A program made the translations under genes and the position numbers. The notes under the pieces were generated by a model, which worked only from the letters and a program-made list of their open reading frames with translations, searched no databases and was not told where the DNA came from. This document shows, piece by piece, positions 16,437 to 26,188 of a stretch of DNA of 64,000 bases (positions within the stretch are counted from its first letter, which is position 1; every line of letters begins with the position of its first letter). Where the stretch lies: the NCBI GenBank assembly GCA_964624885.1, contig CAZUZY010000003.1:2891-66890 (forward strand). The letters are read 5' to 3'. The stretch is from an uncultured Polyangiales bacterium (GTDB taxonomy: Bacteria; Myxococcota_A; Polyangia; Polyangiales; JADJMO01).

Positions 16437-17162
16437 GTGGTGCGCACGCGTTCGACCGTGCTCGTGATGCTCGCCCTCTCGGTGACGCGCCCCGCGGAGG
16501 CCCAGTGGATCACGCCCGCGCCGCCGCCGCGCGGGCAGGTCGACGGCATGACGTGGACGATCGCGGGGATGTCGGCGTTTGTCGCGCTGCTCCCGCAGGT
16601 CGTCGCCGGCGTCGAGCTCCATGGCGATAGCAGGGTCATCGAGACCAGGGGCGCCGTCGCGCTGTTCCTCCCCGGCACCATCCTCGGCGCGGCGACGGCG
16701 GTCGGGCTCGGGTTCGTGGAGGCCGACCAGGAGGCGACCGTCCTGATGCTGGTCGGCGGGCCGCTGTGGAGCACGGCCGGCGTCGGGCTCGGGAGGCTCG
16801 CGAGCGACAGCACGCGCGCGCCGTGGCTCGGCGGGTCGCTCGGCTTCACGACGTTCGCGGCGCAGCACGCGCTGATGACCACCGCGGGGTTCGCCGATCA
16901 CCCGCCGACCGCCGTGTTGCAGGCGCTGTTCGGCGCGGTCGGCGGCGTGGGTTGCTTCGTCGACGCGACGGCCAGCAGCGGGGCGGAGAAGGTCGTGGCC
17001 ATCGGCTGCGCCGCGGTGGGCTTCGCGACCTTCACCCACGGCGCGATGCGCGCGATCTACGGCAAGGTGTCGCGCCCCAGCACGGCGCTGCGGACCACGA
17101 CGCACGTGGCGCCGCTCGTCGGCCAGGGCGTCGGCGGCCTCACGCTCGCGGGCGCGTTCTGA
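16437..17162 (+). CDS. Integral membrane protein, hypothetical
   Basis: GTG 16437 gives VRTRSTVLVMLALSVTRPAEAQ (signal-like), followed by several Gly/Ala-rich hydrophobic spans. In frame with ORF 16332..17162. The exact start is uncertain. Confidence 0.55.
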   Translation: MVRTRSTVLVMLALSVTRPAEAQWITPAPPPRGQVDGMTWTIAGMSAFVALLPQVVAGVELHGDSRVIETRGAVALFLPGTILGAATAVGLGFVEADQEATVLMLVGGPLWSTAGVGLGRLASDSTRAPWLGGSLGFTTFAAQHALMTTAGFADHPPTAVLQALFGAVGGVGCFVDATASSGAEKVVAIGCAAVGFATFTHGAMRAIYGKVSRPSTALRTTTHVAPLVGQGVGGLTLAGAF

Positions 17163-17209
17163 TCCGCGCCCCCGCCGGAACCAAGAGCTCGCGCCGTTGT
17201 CCCTGTGGA

Positions 17210-17929
17210 GTGCGCCCTCTTCTCGCCATGCTCCTGTGCTGCGGATGCGCCGCGCGTCCTCCCGCGAAGGTCACCCCAGCGCCGTCCGTTGCAGCGACCT
17301 GCGCGCAGCCTCGCTTCGAGATCTCCGAGGTGGTCCCGGTCCGCTGCTGGCCGGAGGAGCCGTGTCGGAGCAAGTCCGTCGAGTTCGCGATCGACAACTG
17401 CACCGCCGCGCCTGTCGGCGTGCGTCGGCTCCTCGTGGCGCAGGGGTGGCAGTCCCACCTGACGGACTTCGATCCACCGCTCGTACTCGAGGCCGGCGGC
17501 CGCCACGTGTTCAGCTACCCGCCCGCGGGTCAGAAGCTCCTGCTCGAGCGGCGCCCTCACCTCCTCGTGGCCGCCCTCGACCGCTCGTCGATCGAGGAGC
17601 GGACGTTCACCGTCGTCGACCCTGGTCTCGAGGAGGCGCGCGCCGAGTGCCTCGCGCGAGGGGACGACTGGGGGCACCACGGTGGCATGTTCTCCTTGCT
17701 CGGGTGCGAGGCGGTCATGCCCGACGAGGGACGCGCCTGCGGCGACGCGCGCGACTGCAAGGGCGTCTGCATCCAGCGTGGTGCCGTGGGCGTTCCCCGC
17801 GACATGAAGCGCGTGTTCGGCGTGTGTTCGCGGTTCAAGGTGCAGTTCGGCTGCTTCACGACGATCGGCTACACGGCGCAAGGACTGATCCCCGCGAATC
17901 GCTCGTTCGCGTTCCACTGCGTGGATTGA
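17210..17929 (+). CDS. Cys-containing lipoprotein, hypothetical
   Basis: GTG 17210 (alternative ATG 17228) gives MRPLLAMLLCCGCAARP. This is the protein-like tail of ORF 16766..17929, and it ends ...FGCFTTIGYTAQGLIPANRSFAFHCVD. Confidence 0.6.
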   Translation: MRPLLAMLLCCGCAARPPAKVTPAPSVAATCAQPRFEISEVVPVRCWPEEPCRSKSVEFAIDNCTAAPVGVRRLLVAQGWQSHLTDFDPPLVLEAGGRHVFSYPPAGQKLLLERRPHLLVAALDRSSIEERTFTVVDPGLEEARAECLARGDDWGHHGGMFSLLGCEAVMPDEGRACGDARDCKGVCIQRGAVGVPRDMKRVFGVCSRFKVQFGCFTTIGYTAQGLIPANRSFAFHCVD

Positions 17930-17936
17930 GACCCAA

Positions 17937-18665
17937 TCAGCCGCACACGCCGGACGTGCAGCTCTCCGTCGGCTTGCACTTCTTGCCGCAGCCGCCGCAG
18001 TTGTCCTTGTCGTTGGTGGTGTTCACGCACTTGGCGCCACAGATGATCTCGCCGAACGGGCAGTTGCACTTGCTGCCGAAGCAGTTGGCCGTCGGCGGGC
18101 AGACCTTGCCGCACGCGCCGCAGTTCTTGTCGTCGGTCGCGGTGTAGGTGCACTTGTCGCCGCACACCTCGGCGGTCGCCGGGCACGTGCAGGTGCCGCC
18201 GGAGCAGTAGCCGCCCGTCGCGCACTTGACCCCGCACGCGCCGCAGTTGGCCGGATCGGTCGGCGCGTACTTGCAGGCGCCGTCGCAGCCGAGGAACCCG
18301 GTGGTGCAGCACACGCTGCCGGTGCAGGTCTGCCCGACGAAGCACTTCTTGTCGCAGCCGCCGCAGTTCGCGTCGTCCTTGCGGGGGTCGACGCACACCC
18401 CGCCGCAGATCGCCCGCGGGGCCACGCAGCCCGCGTCGGCCTCCGCGGCGTCGGCGTCGCTCGCGTCGGCGCCGTCGCTCCCCGTTTCCGCGAGGATCTC
18501 CGCACCGGTGTCGCTCGCGGCGTCGGTCGCGTCGTCGGTGGCGGTCTCGAACGTCGCGTCGTCGGCGCCCGTGTCGACGATCTCGTCGCCCGTACCCGCG
18601 CCCGAGCTGCACGCGACGAGGCCGAGCGCGAGGAGCGAGACGAGGAGAGGGCGCATCCGATGCAT
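17937..18665 (-). CDS. Cysteine-rich repeat lipoprotein (Stig1-like CxxxDxxNCGxCGxxC repeats)
   Basis: ATG 18665 gives MHRMRPLLVSLLALGLVACS. An Asp/Ala-rich linker is followed by six or more repeats such as CVDPRKDDANCGGCDKKC, CKYAPTDPANCGACGVKC and CVNTTNDKDNCGGCGKKC. Confidence 0.8.
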   Translation of the reverse strand: MHRMRPLLVSLLALGLVACSSGAGTGDEIVDTGADDATFETATDDATDAASDTGAEILAETGSDGADASDADAAEADAGCVAPRAICGGVCVDPRKDDANCGGCDKKCFVGQTCTGSVCCTTGFLGCDGACKYAPTDPANCGACGVKCATGGYCSGGTCTCPATAEVCGDKCTYTATDDKNCGACGKVCPPTANCFGSKCNCPFGEIICGAKCVNTTNDKDNCGGCGKKCKPTESCTSGVCG

Positions 18666-18681
18666 CGTAGCGTCCGGCGCG

Positions 18682-21468
18682 TCAGAGCGCGACGAGGCCG
18701 TCCTTGGCGACATAGGCCTTCGACCCCGGCTTGTTCGACGCGCGGTGGGTGACGACGATGCGCCCCGGCTCGACCGTCAACCCGACCAGGTCGTCGACGA
18801 GGGCGATCCCGCTCACCAGCGTCTCGACGCCGACCGGGCGCTCGACCACCAGATCGAAGCGCGTCGAGTCCCCGGCCTTGGTGACGGCCACGACGAGCAC
18901 CTCGCCACCGGGCAGGGCGCGGTAGGCGAGCGCCCGCGGCGTCGAAGTCTTGCGCCACGCGCCCGCCGTCCCGAGGGCCACGGGCTTGCGCACCAGCGCG
19001 GGGCCGCAGGAATCCGCGAGCTTGGTCTCCTTGGTCGGACACACCGGGTGGAGCACGAGCGTGCCGTCGGTCGCGATGCTCAGGTCCTCGATCGCGCCGA
19101 ACGCGACCCGGCCCTCGTCGGCCCACTTGGCGCCCTTGTCGACGGTGTGGAGCTGGTAGTCGCCCGGGCCCTTGTTGCAGAAGAGGACGCCGATCCCGCC
19201 CGCGGTGAGGAGGCGCGCGGGGTCGCAGCCGGCGGGCACGTCGACGACCTTGCCGCCCACCGACACGTGGGGTTCGCGCAGCCACGGTCCGTCGGAGCAG
19301 AGCCCCTTCGCGTCCTTCGCGCACGCGCCGTCGCCGAAGAAGGCGACCTCCGTCGCGGTCCCCTTGGGGGGCACGTCGGGCATGCCACGCAGACAGAAGA
19401 CGCCCTCGCAGGGGCCTGGATCGTGGACCGACCCTCCCCCGATCCCCATCCCACCTCCGCCGCCCGAGCACACCCCGGGGGCTCCGGTGACGACGTCGGC
19501 GCCGGTCGGGACCGGGGGTGGTGCCGGGTCGACCAGCGTCGACAGGTTCTTGGCGAGGAACGCGCGCGGTCGCGTGCCGAGGACCAGCGGCTCGCCCCAG
19601 CCCTCGAAGCTCGGCCCGTAAGAGGAATAGGGGCGCTGCGCCCACGTGGCGCCGTCGGCCGAAAGCACGCCGCCGGGGCAGCCCGTGGCGTAGATCAGCG
19701 ACCCGATCTGCAGGAACCGCGGCGCCTGGAAGCTCGACTTCTGGAACGTGACGCCCGCGTCCTTGGACAGGTGGAGCGCGGTCGCGCCCGCGGCGTCGCG
19801 CCCGAACACGGCCAGCACGTCCGGGCGGGCGTACAACGCCTCGACGATGAGCCCGGTCGGCGGGTTCCGCGCGGTGAAGGTCTTGCCGTCCTTGGACACG
19901 TGGAGCTTCTTCGCCTCGGCGGCGACGACCAGCCCCCGCGTCGCCACGAAGTCGACCGCGTCCTTGAGCGCGAGGACCTTGGTGAACGACCCGAGGTGGG
20001 CGGCGTCACCGTCGGCCGCGCGCAGCAGCGCGTCCTTCGTGCCGACGTAGATCGCGTCGGCGCCGTCGACGCCGAGGTACTGCGTGCTCTCGGGCCAGGT
20101 GACCGAGCGCACGCCGTGCTTCTCGTCGACGACCGCGCCGTGCGGGCGGAAGACGGCGACCGCGAGCCCCACCGCGTCGGGCAGGGGGCCCCGGCGGAAG
20201 CCATAGCGGTCGTCGCGCACGGAGCGGAGCATCGTGGTGTCTGCCTCGCGCCACGGCGCGTTCGGGCCCTTGGCGAGGGCCACCGACACCGGCGGGCCAC
20301 TGCCCGGCTTCGGCGGGGGAGGAGGCTCGACGCCGCCGAGGCCGACCACCTTCACGGGCAGCCGGCGCTCGAGCAACGTGCCGTCACCGAGCTGGCTCTC
20401 GTCGTTCGCGCCCCAGCAAGACACCGTGTCGTCGGCCTCCGCCGCGCACGCGGAGTCGAACCCCACGGCGATCGCGACCGGGCTGGCGAGCGGCACCGGC
20501 GTCGACGCGAACGCGTACTTGGTCGATCCGATCCCGAGCTGTCCGTGGTCGTTGCGGCCAGAGCAGACGACCCCCTGGTCGGAGAGGGTGCAGCGGAAGC
20601 TGTATCCACTGGCGAGGGCCTTCCACGGCCTCGCCTCCTTGGTGGTGACCACCGGGTACTTCCCGTCGACGAAGCCGCCGGGGACATCGTGGCCGTTGCC
20701 CCAGCACGCGGTCGTGCCCGCCTTGCGGAGCGCGCAGGAATGGCTGGGGCCGGCGTGCACGCGGACGGCGTCGTCGATGCCCGGCACCTGGACGAACGGG
20801 TTGCCCGGCGCGGGGGTGCCTCCGAGCGCACCGAGCTCGCTGCCACCCCACGGTCGCACGTTGCCCCAGCAATGGACGTGGCCCTCGTGGGTGACGAGGC
20901 ACGCGTGGCTGTCCGCGCTCGCGACGTCGCGGATCTCGGCCACGGGCACCGGCAGCTTGGTGCGGCGCACCGAGGTCTCGTCGAGGCACGCCACCTGGTC
21001 GGAGGCCTCGATCGCGCAGATGCCCATGCCGCCGATCAGGCGCTGCACGCCCACGAACCCGGCGACGGGCTTGGCCTTGGTCGGCTCGAGGACCGTGCCA
21101 CCGAGCGCCGCGGCGGTCCCCCAGCACGCGACCTCCCCGCTCTTGCGGAGGGCGCAGGCCGCGTGGCCGTCGATCGCGATCTGGGTCGCGTCGGACAGCC
21201 CGACGTCCACCGGCGCCACCGGCGTCTGCAACGGCTTCTTGTACTCGCCGTGGACGTGGACCACGCCGGTGCCCCAGCACACCACGTGGCCGTTCGCCTT
21301 CAGGAAGCAGGTGGCGCGGAACGCCGACTGCAGCCGCGAGGGCGGCGCCAGTGCGGTCGCGGTCGGGATGGACGAAGGCTCCGCCGTGGTGGTCGAGACG
21401 GGCTTGCCGGCGCCGCTCGCGCAGGCCACGAGGGTCACCGAAGCCACCGCGAAGACGGGCCGAGCCAT
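18682..21468 (-). CDS. Large lipoprotein: N-terminal RCC1-like repeats + C-terminal BNR/sialidase-like propeller region
   Basis: 928-aa ORF starting MARPVFAVASVTLVACAS (lipobox). RCC1-type blades are present: VVCWGTG, VACWGTA, VHCWGNV, TACWGNG, VVCSGRNDHGQLG, VSCWGANDESQLGDG. The C-terminal half has S.DGG.TW-like motifs. Confidence 0.85.
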   Translation of the reverse strand: MARPVFAVASVTLVACASGAGKPVSTTTAEPSSIPTATALAPPSRLQSAFRATCFLKANGHVVCWGTGVVHVHGEYKKPLQTPVAPVDVGLSDATQIAIDGHAACALRKSGEVACWGTAAALGGTVLEPTKAKPVAGFVGVQRLIGGMGICAIEASDQVACLDETSVRRTKLPVPVAEIRDVASADSHACLVTHEGHVHCWGNVRPWGGSELGALGGTPAPGNPFVQVPGIDDAVRVHAGPSHSCALRKAGTTACWGNGHDVPGGFVDGKYPVVTTKEARPWKALASGYSFRCTLSDQGVVCSGRNDHGQLGIGSTKYAFASTPVPLASPVAIAVGFDSACAAEADDTVSCWGANDESQLGDGTLLERRLPVKVVGLGGVEPPPPPKPGSGPPVSVALAKGPNAPWREADTTMLRSVRDDRYGFRRGPLPDAVGLAVAVFRPHGAVVDEKHGVRSVTWPESTQYLGVDGADAIYVGTKDALLRAADGDAAHLGSFTKVLALKDAVDFVATRGLVVAAEAKKLHVSKDGKTFTARNPPTGLIVEALYARPDVLAVFGRDAAGATALHLSKDAGVTFQKSSFQAPRFLQIGSLIYATGCPGGVLSADGATWAQRPYSSYGPSFEGWGEPLVLGTRPRAFLAKNLSTLVDPAPPPVPTGADVVTGAPGVCSGGGGGMGIGGGSVHDPGPCEGVFCLRGMPDVPPKGTATEVAFFGDGACAKDAKGLCSDGPWLREPHVSVGGKVVDVPAGCDPARLLTAGGIGVLFCNKGPGDYQLHTVDKGAKWADEGRVAFGAIEDLSIATDGTLVLHPVCPTKETKLADSCGPALVRKPVALGTAGAWRKTSTPRALAYRALPGGEVLVVAVTKAGDSTRFDLVVERPVGVETLVSGIALVDDLVGLTVEPGRIVVTHRASNKPGSKAYVAKDGLVAL

Positions 21469-21621
21469 GACGGGTCGAGCCTAGTGCACGTGCCGAAGAG
21501 GTACAGCCCGATGTGCTAGAACCGACGAGAGACCGCATCGGTGCATCCGAGCGCGACGACCCGGCTCGACCGGCAACCCGGCCGCATCGACGTCTTCGTC
21601 GCGCACTCCTATCCTTCCCCC

Positions 21622-23100
21622 ATGCACCCCCGCACGCCGCTCGTGGCCGTCGCGCTCGTCGCCCTCCTTCCGGCCTGCAACCGCAAGCGAGAGGCCCAGC
21701 CGCTCGCTCAAGACGACGGCAAGGGCAAGACGCACGACTGCAGGATCGTGGCCGGCGGGCGCATCGACAAGGACACCGTCGTCGAAGCGGGGTGCAACGT
21801 CCGCGTCGCCGAGCCCGTCGTGATCGACAAAGGCGCGACGCTCCGCATCGAGGCGGGCGCCCGGATCGCGTTCGCCAAGGGGGCTCGAGTCGACGTCCTC
21901 GACGGCGCGCTCGTCGTGGTCGGCGAGGCGACCAAGCCCGTGACCTTCACCTCCGCCGAGGCGAGCCCTGCCGCGGGCGACTGGGGCGGCATCGCGATCG
22001 CCTCGAAGAAGCCCGGCACCTCGTTCACGCACGCGGTGGTCGAACACGGCGGCGTGGACGCCTCGATCGTCCCGCCGCCCTCGGGGCCCACGGTCCCGCC
22101 GAACGCGCTCGCCGATCGCCGTCCGGCGATCCTCGTGCGGGCCGAGGCGGCCCCGGTCGCGTTCGCGGACGTCACGATTCGGCACGCGCCGCGGGTGGGG
22201 ATCGCCGCCGACGTCCAGCCGGCCTTCAGCCGGTTCGAGCGGGTGCACCTGGAAGACGTCGGCGGTACGGCTCTCGACGTGCTCGCCGGGGCCCTCGGCG
22301 CCGTGACCTCGCTGTCGACGGCCGACCCGATCCGGGTGCGCGGGCGCCTGGACAAGAGCGCGAGCTGGCCGAAGGCCACGCTGGTCGTGGTCGACCTGCA
22401 CGTCTTCGGCAAGGCGGGAGAGCCCGCCGTGCTGACGCTGGCCCCCGAGTCCGTGGTGCGCGTGGCGCCCGAGAGCGAGCTGCACTTCGGCTCGGGCGAG
22501 GCGCCGGGCTCGCTGATCGCCAAGAAGGTGCTCTTCACGAGCGCCGCTCCCACGCCCGCGGCGGGAGACTGGCGCGGCCTCCACTTCGAGCGGCGTGCCC
22601 CGGGCACGCGCCTCGAGGAGAGTACCGTCGAGTACGCGGGGTGGGAGCCCAAGGGCATGCCCATGCCCTCGTCCACCACCAAGGCGGTGCCGAAGCCGGT
22701 GGCGCTCGCCGTGGACGAGGAGATGAAGGACTTCGTCGTGAAGAACAACGTCTTCCGCCACAACGCCGGTGCGGCGATCGGTCGACGGGGCAACATGAGC
22801 GTCGGTGGGTGCGTGGGCCTCGACGTGGCAGGTCACGGCAACACGTCGATCGGCCAGCCGCTGTGCCAGCCGAAGTCGCCGTTCTACGAGGAGCTGGAGA
22901 AGCAGCTGGCGGCACTCGGGGCCATCGGCAGCCAGGGCCCGGCGGTGAACTCCGTCCTCCTCAAGGGAGGAAGCGACCCGTCGCTGGACTGGGCGGCCAA
23001 AGCAGACAAGCCGAATCTGATGGGCCCGAGCGGCGGCGGCGCAGTCAAGCCGGGTGCGGCCGGAGGGGCGACGATCGGAGACCCCAAGGCCAAGCCCTAG
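21622..23100 (+). CDS. Right-handed beta-helix lipoprotein
   Basis: ATG 21622 gives MHPRTPLVAVALVALLPAC. Two copies of ...SAEASPAAGDWGGIAI / SAAPTPAAGDWRGLHF lie within a beta-helix-like repeat pattern. The tail is Gly/Ala/Lys-rich. Confidence 0.75.
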   Translation: MHPRTPLVAVALVALLPACNRKREAQPLAQDDGKGKTHDCRIVAGGRIDKDTVVEAGCNVRVAEPVVIDKGATLRIEAGARIAFAKGARVDVLDGALVVVGEATKPVTFTSAEASPAAGDWGGIAIASKKPGTSFTHAVVEHGGVDASIVPPPSGPTVPPNALADRRPAILVRAEAAPVAFADVTIRHAPRVGIAADVQPAFSRFERVHLEDVGGTALDVLAGALGAVTSLSTADPIRVRGRLDKSASWPKATLVVVDLHVFGKAGEPAVLTLAPESVVRVAPESELHFGSGEAPGSLIAKKVLFTSAAPTPAAGDWRGLHFERRAPGTRLEESTVEYAGWEPKGMPMPSSTTKAVPKPVALAVDEEMKDFVVKNNVFRHNAGAAIGRRGNMSVGGCVGLDVAGHGNTSIGQPLCQPKSPFYEELEKQLAALGAIGSQGPAVNSVLLKGGSDPSLDWAAKADKPNLMGPSGGGAVKPGAAGGATIGDPKAKP

Positions 23101-23136
23101 TAGGCGAACGGTTCGGCGCCGCGGCTCGAGCCGGAA

Positions 23137-24156
23137 TCAGTCTCGGCAGATCACGACCGAGAACGATCCCGCGAACCTCGCCTTCCCCGCGGAAGGAGCG
23201 TGCTTCGGCTCCACGAAGAGCGACCCCTTCATCGTGCCGCCCGGCCGGAGATCCACGGCATCGATGCGGACGAAGCCCTCGTCGAGCTGGACGTAGTCGT
23301 TCGCGGTCGCGACGAACGAGAACACCATCGGCATCGTCGTCCCGGCGTACGTGTGCCGGCTGCTGACCCCGAGGCGGTCGGCGAGCGTCAAGCGCGGCCT
23401 TCGGGTCGTCCGCGCGCCGTCCGCTTCCTTGCAGGTGACCTCGTTCGAGTAGAACGAGAGGTCGTCGATGTAGTCGATGTCGTTCTGATCGTCGTGTCGG
23501 AGCATGGCCACTGCGCTCTTCGCGACGAACTTCGCGCCTCCGACAGAGCCTTCGAGCGGACCCGCGTCCTTCGGCTCGGGCAGCGCCGTGAGCGCCCCCG
23601 TCTCGCAGACCAGCGCGTCGAACGTCCCGGATCCTTGGTAGGTCTTGCCCGCCTGGCGAAAGTCGAGCTCCAGGCGTCCCTTCACGTGCTCGCCTTTGGT
23701 GATCGAGGCGCCCTGGTCCAGCTGGATCTCGACGTAGGGGGACATGATGCGGTAGAGGTCGACGAACTTCTTCGGCGGCTCGAGGCGGATCAGGTCGACC
23801 GGGTACGGATGGCCAGCGAACAGACGGCCGCCCGGCCCCGCGTGCAGCGTGAGCTCGATGCGGAGCACGTCGTCGCCCGTCGAGCACGCTTGCGTGCCCG
23901 TCGAGAGCACGAGAGTCGCCATCTCGACGGCGTTGATGGTCTCGGGTTTCACCCACGCGCTCTTGAACGAGAACGGAGTGCCTGCGAGGGTCGCGGAGAA
24001 GGGGCCGCTCGACTTCGGGGCCTCGGTCGGTTTCGCGCCGGTCGGTGCCGGTGGGGCATCCTTCTTCACTGCCGATTCCGCGACCGGTTCCTGCCTCTTC
24101 GGACAGCCCGCGCCGAGCAGAGCCAGAGCGACCGCGAGGGCAACGGCAGGACGCAT
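23137..24156 (-). CDS. Lipoprotein, hypothetical
   Basis: ATG 24156 gives MRPAVALAVALALLGAGC (lipobox). 339 aa of balanced composition, forming the in-frame tail of ORF 23137..25800. Confidence 0.7.
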   Translation of the reverse strand: MRPAVALAVALALLGAGCPKRQEPVAESAVKKDAPPAPTGAKPTEAPKSSGPFSATLAGTPFSFKSAWVKPETINAVEMATLVLSTGTQACSTGDDVLRIELTLHAGPGGRLFAGHPYPVDLIRLEPPKKFVDLYRIMSPYVEIQLDQGASITKGEHVKGRLELDFRQAGKTYQGSGTFDALVCETGALTALPEPKDAGPLEGSVGGAKFVAKSAVAMLRHDDQNDIDYIDDLSFYSNEVTCKEADGARTTRRPRLTLADRLGVSSRHTYAGTTMPMVFSFVATANDYVQLDEGFVRIDAVDLRPGGTMKGSLFVEPKHAPSAGKARFAGSFSVVICRD

Positions 24157-24260
24157 GGAGCCATGACGACACGTGCCGCGATCGTGGTCAACCCTCGCGC
24201 GGAGGGAGTACGCGCTCGGGCCCGGCTCGCGCATGGCCTTGACCGGGCTTGCATCCCTCG

Positions 24261-26036
24261 TCAGTCGCGGGGGTCGGACTGCAGGACGATGGACTCGCCG
24301 ACGACCACGAACGTGCCGCCGCCGTGGACCGCACCGAAGAACGTGCCGATGGCACCCGGCACCTCTGGCGTCCACGTCTCGCCGTCGGCAGAGCCGAGAA
24401 TCCCGTCGCGCATGCCGAAGGCGACGAACGACTTGCGCCCGAAGGCGACGCCCCAGAGCCGCAATGTCGTAGGCTTCGAGGTCCAGGTGGTCCCGTCGGT
24501 GGACGTGAAGAGCGCGCTCCCCACGGCCACGAACCGACCAGCACCGAACGCCACGCCGTTGACCGGGGACCCGCCAGCGCGTCGAGTCCACGCGACGCCG
24601 TCCTTGGAGCTCATGATCGTGCCGCCGCCGACGTCGTCGTGACCCACCACCACGAACGTTCCCGCGCCGTGGGTGACCGCGTCGAGGTGGAAGGTCGGAT
24701 CCCCGGTCCCCGCGGTCCAGGCCACACCGTCCTTGGATGTGACGATCGTGCCGCGGATGCCGGCTGCGACGAAGGTGCCGTCGCCGTGCACCACAGCCGA
24801 TAGCATCTCGCTGGTCCCGGACGTCCGCGCCGTCCACGTGACACCGTCCGCCGAGGTCCTGATCGCCCCGTCGTAGCCGACGGCGACGAACATGCCGTCG
24901 CCGAAGGTGACCGCGTTCGCGAAGATCGAGGAGGTGCCGACGGATCGTTGCGTCCAAGAGCGCCCGTCGGGCGAGGTGGCGATCACCCCACGCAGCACGC
25001 CCACGGCGACGAAGGTGCCGTTGCCATAAGCCACGCCGCGGAAGGAGTCGCTGATCCGCACGGTGAACGGCGCCCAGCTCTTGCCGTCGCTCGAGCTGAG
25101 GATCGTGCCGCGCAATCCCACGGCGACGAACGAGCCGCTGCCGTGGGCCACCCCGTAGAGCGCGAATCCGTCGCCGGCGACGGAGGTCCAAGCGACACCG
25201 TCCGACGACACGAGGGCCCCGCCCTCCTCGTCGACAGCGACGAAGTTGCCATTGCCGAAGGTGACGGCGGGGAGTCCGGCGCGGCGCGACGGCCGCGACG
25301 AGGCCTGCGGCGTCCACGTGAAGCCGTCGGGAGAGGTCAAGATCGTCTCGGCGTCGCCCGCAGGGGAGAGCGCCATGCCGCCCACGGCCACGAAGCGACC
25401 GTTGCCATAGGCGATCCCTCGCAACAGCGCCCACCCGCCGGTGCTCCGCGACGTCCACGTCGCGCCGTCGCTCGACGTGAGCAGGACGTCGTTTCCGACC
25501 GCCACGAAGAGGCCGTTGCCGTGGATGATCCCGTGCAACCGCGCGCCTGTCGGGCTCGTCGTCCAGGTGACGGCGTCGTCGGACGTCGCAATGGCGCCCT
25601 CGTGCCCGACCGCCACGAATCGACCGTTGCCGAAGGTGACTGCGTCGAGAGGGCCGCTGGTCCCCGACGCCCTGGGCCGCCAGCCGATGCCGTCGGAGGA
25701 CGTCAGGACCGTACCGCCAGCGCCCACCGCGACGAACGTCCCGTTGCCGAAGGTGACGCCAGCGAGCTGCGCCAAGGTGCCCGTGAGACGGATGGCCCAA
25801 TGGCTTCCGTCGCTCGAGGTCAACGCCGCCCCACTGACCCCGACGGTGACGAAGGTGCCGTTGCCGTAAGCCACGGCCTGCAGGCTGTGGCCCTGCGGCG
25901 AAGGGATCCTCCAGTGCCAGCCGGCGATCGGGTCGGTCGGGGTGAGGAGCGGGTCCTCGGCCTCGCGACGGCAGGCGACGAGCGTCGCGAGCAGCGCGAA
26001 CAGTGCAAAGAGGTTCCGCGTCCGGCTCGAGGTCAT
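24261..26036 (-). CDS. Multi-blade beta-propeller lipoprotein built from ~38-aa 'GNGxFVAVG...tSsDGvtWT' repeats
   Basis: ATG 26036 gives MTSSRTRNLFALFALLATLVAC. At least 13 consecutive repeats follow: AYGNGTFVTVGVSGAALTSSDGSHW, TFGNGTFVAVGAGGTVLTSSDGIGW, and so on. BNR/Ycf48-like flavour. Confidence 0.85.
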   Translation of the reverse strand: MTSSRTRNLFALFALLATLVACRREAEDPLLTPTDPIAGWHWRIPSPQGHSLQAVAYGNGTFVTVGVSGAALTSSDGSHWAIRLTGTLAQLAGVTFGNGTFVAVGAGGTVLTSSDGIGWRPRASGTSGPLDAVTFGNGRFVAVGHEGAIATSDDAVTWTTSPTGARLHGIIHGNGLFVAVGNDVLLTSSDGATWTSRSTGGWALLRGIAYGNGRFVAVGGMALSPAGDAETILTSPDGFTWTPQASSRPSRRAGLPAVTFGNGNFVAVDEEGGALVSSDGVAWTSVAGDGFALYGVAHGSGSFVAVGLRGTILSSSDGKSWAPFTVRISDSFRGVAYGNGTFVAVGVLRGVIATSPDGRSWTQRSVGTSSIFANAVTFGDGMFVAVGYDGAIRTSADGVTWTARTSGTSEMLSAVVHGDGTFVAAGIRGTIVTSKDGVAWTAGTGDPTFHLDAVTHGAGTFVVVGHDDVGGGTIMSSKDGVAWTRRAGGSPVNGVAFGAGRFVAVGSALFTSTDGTTWTSKPTTLRLWGVAFGRKSFVAFGMRDGILGSADGETWTPEVPGAIGTFFGAVHGGGTFVVVGESIVLQSDPRD

Positions 26037-26188
26037 GTCACACCTCCTCGTCGACGTCAGCGTACGCCCTCGCGGCGACAGATGCAGCAGTGGGACACGC
26101 GTGACGGCGGACGCGAACACCACGCCGACCCGCGCGGACGCGTACGACCACGTCACGCGGCCAGAGGCGACGCGTGGACGAGGCCTCG

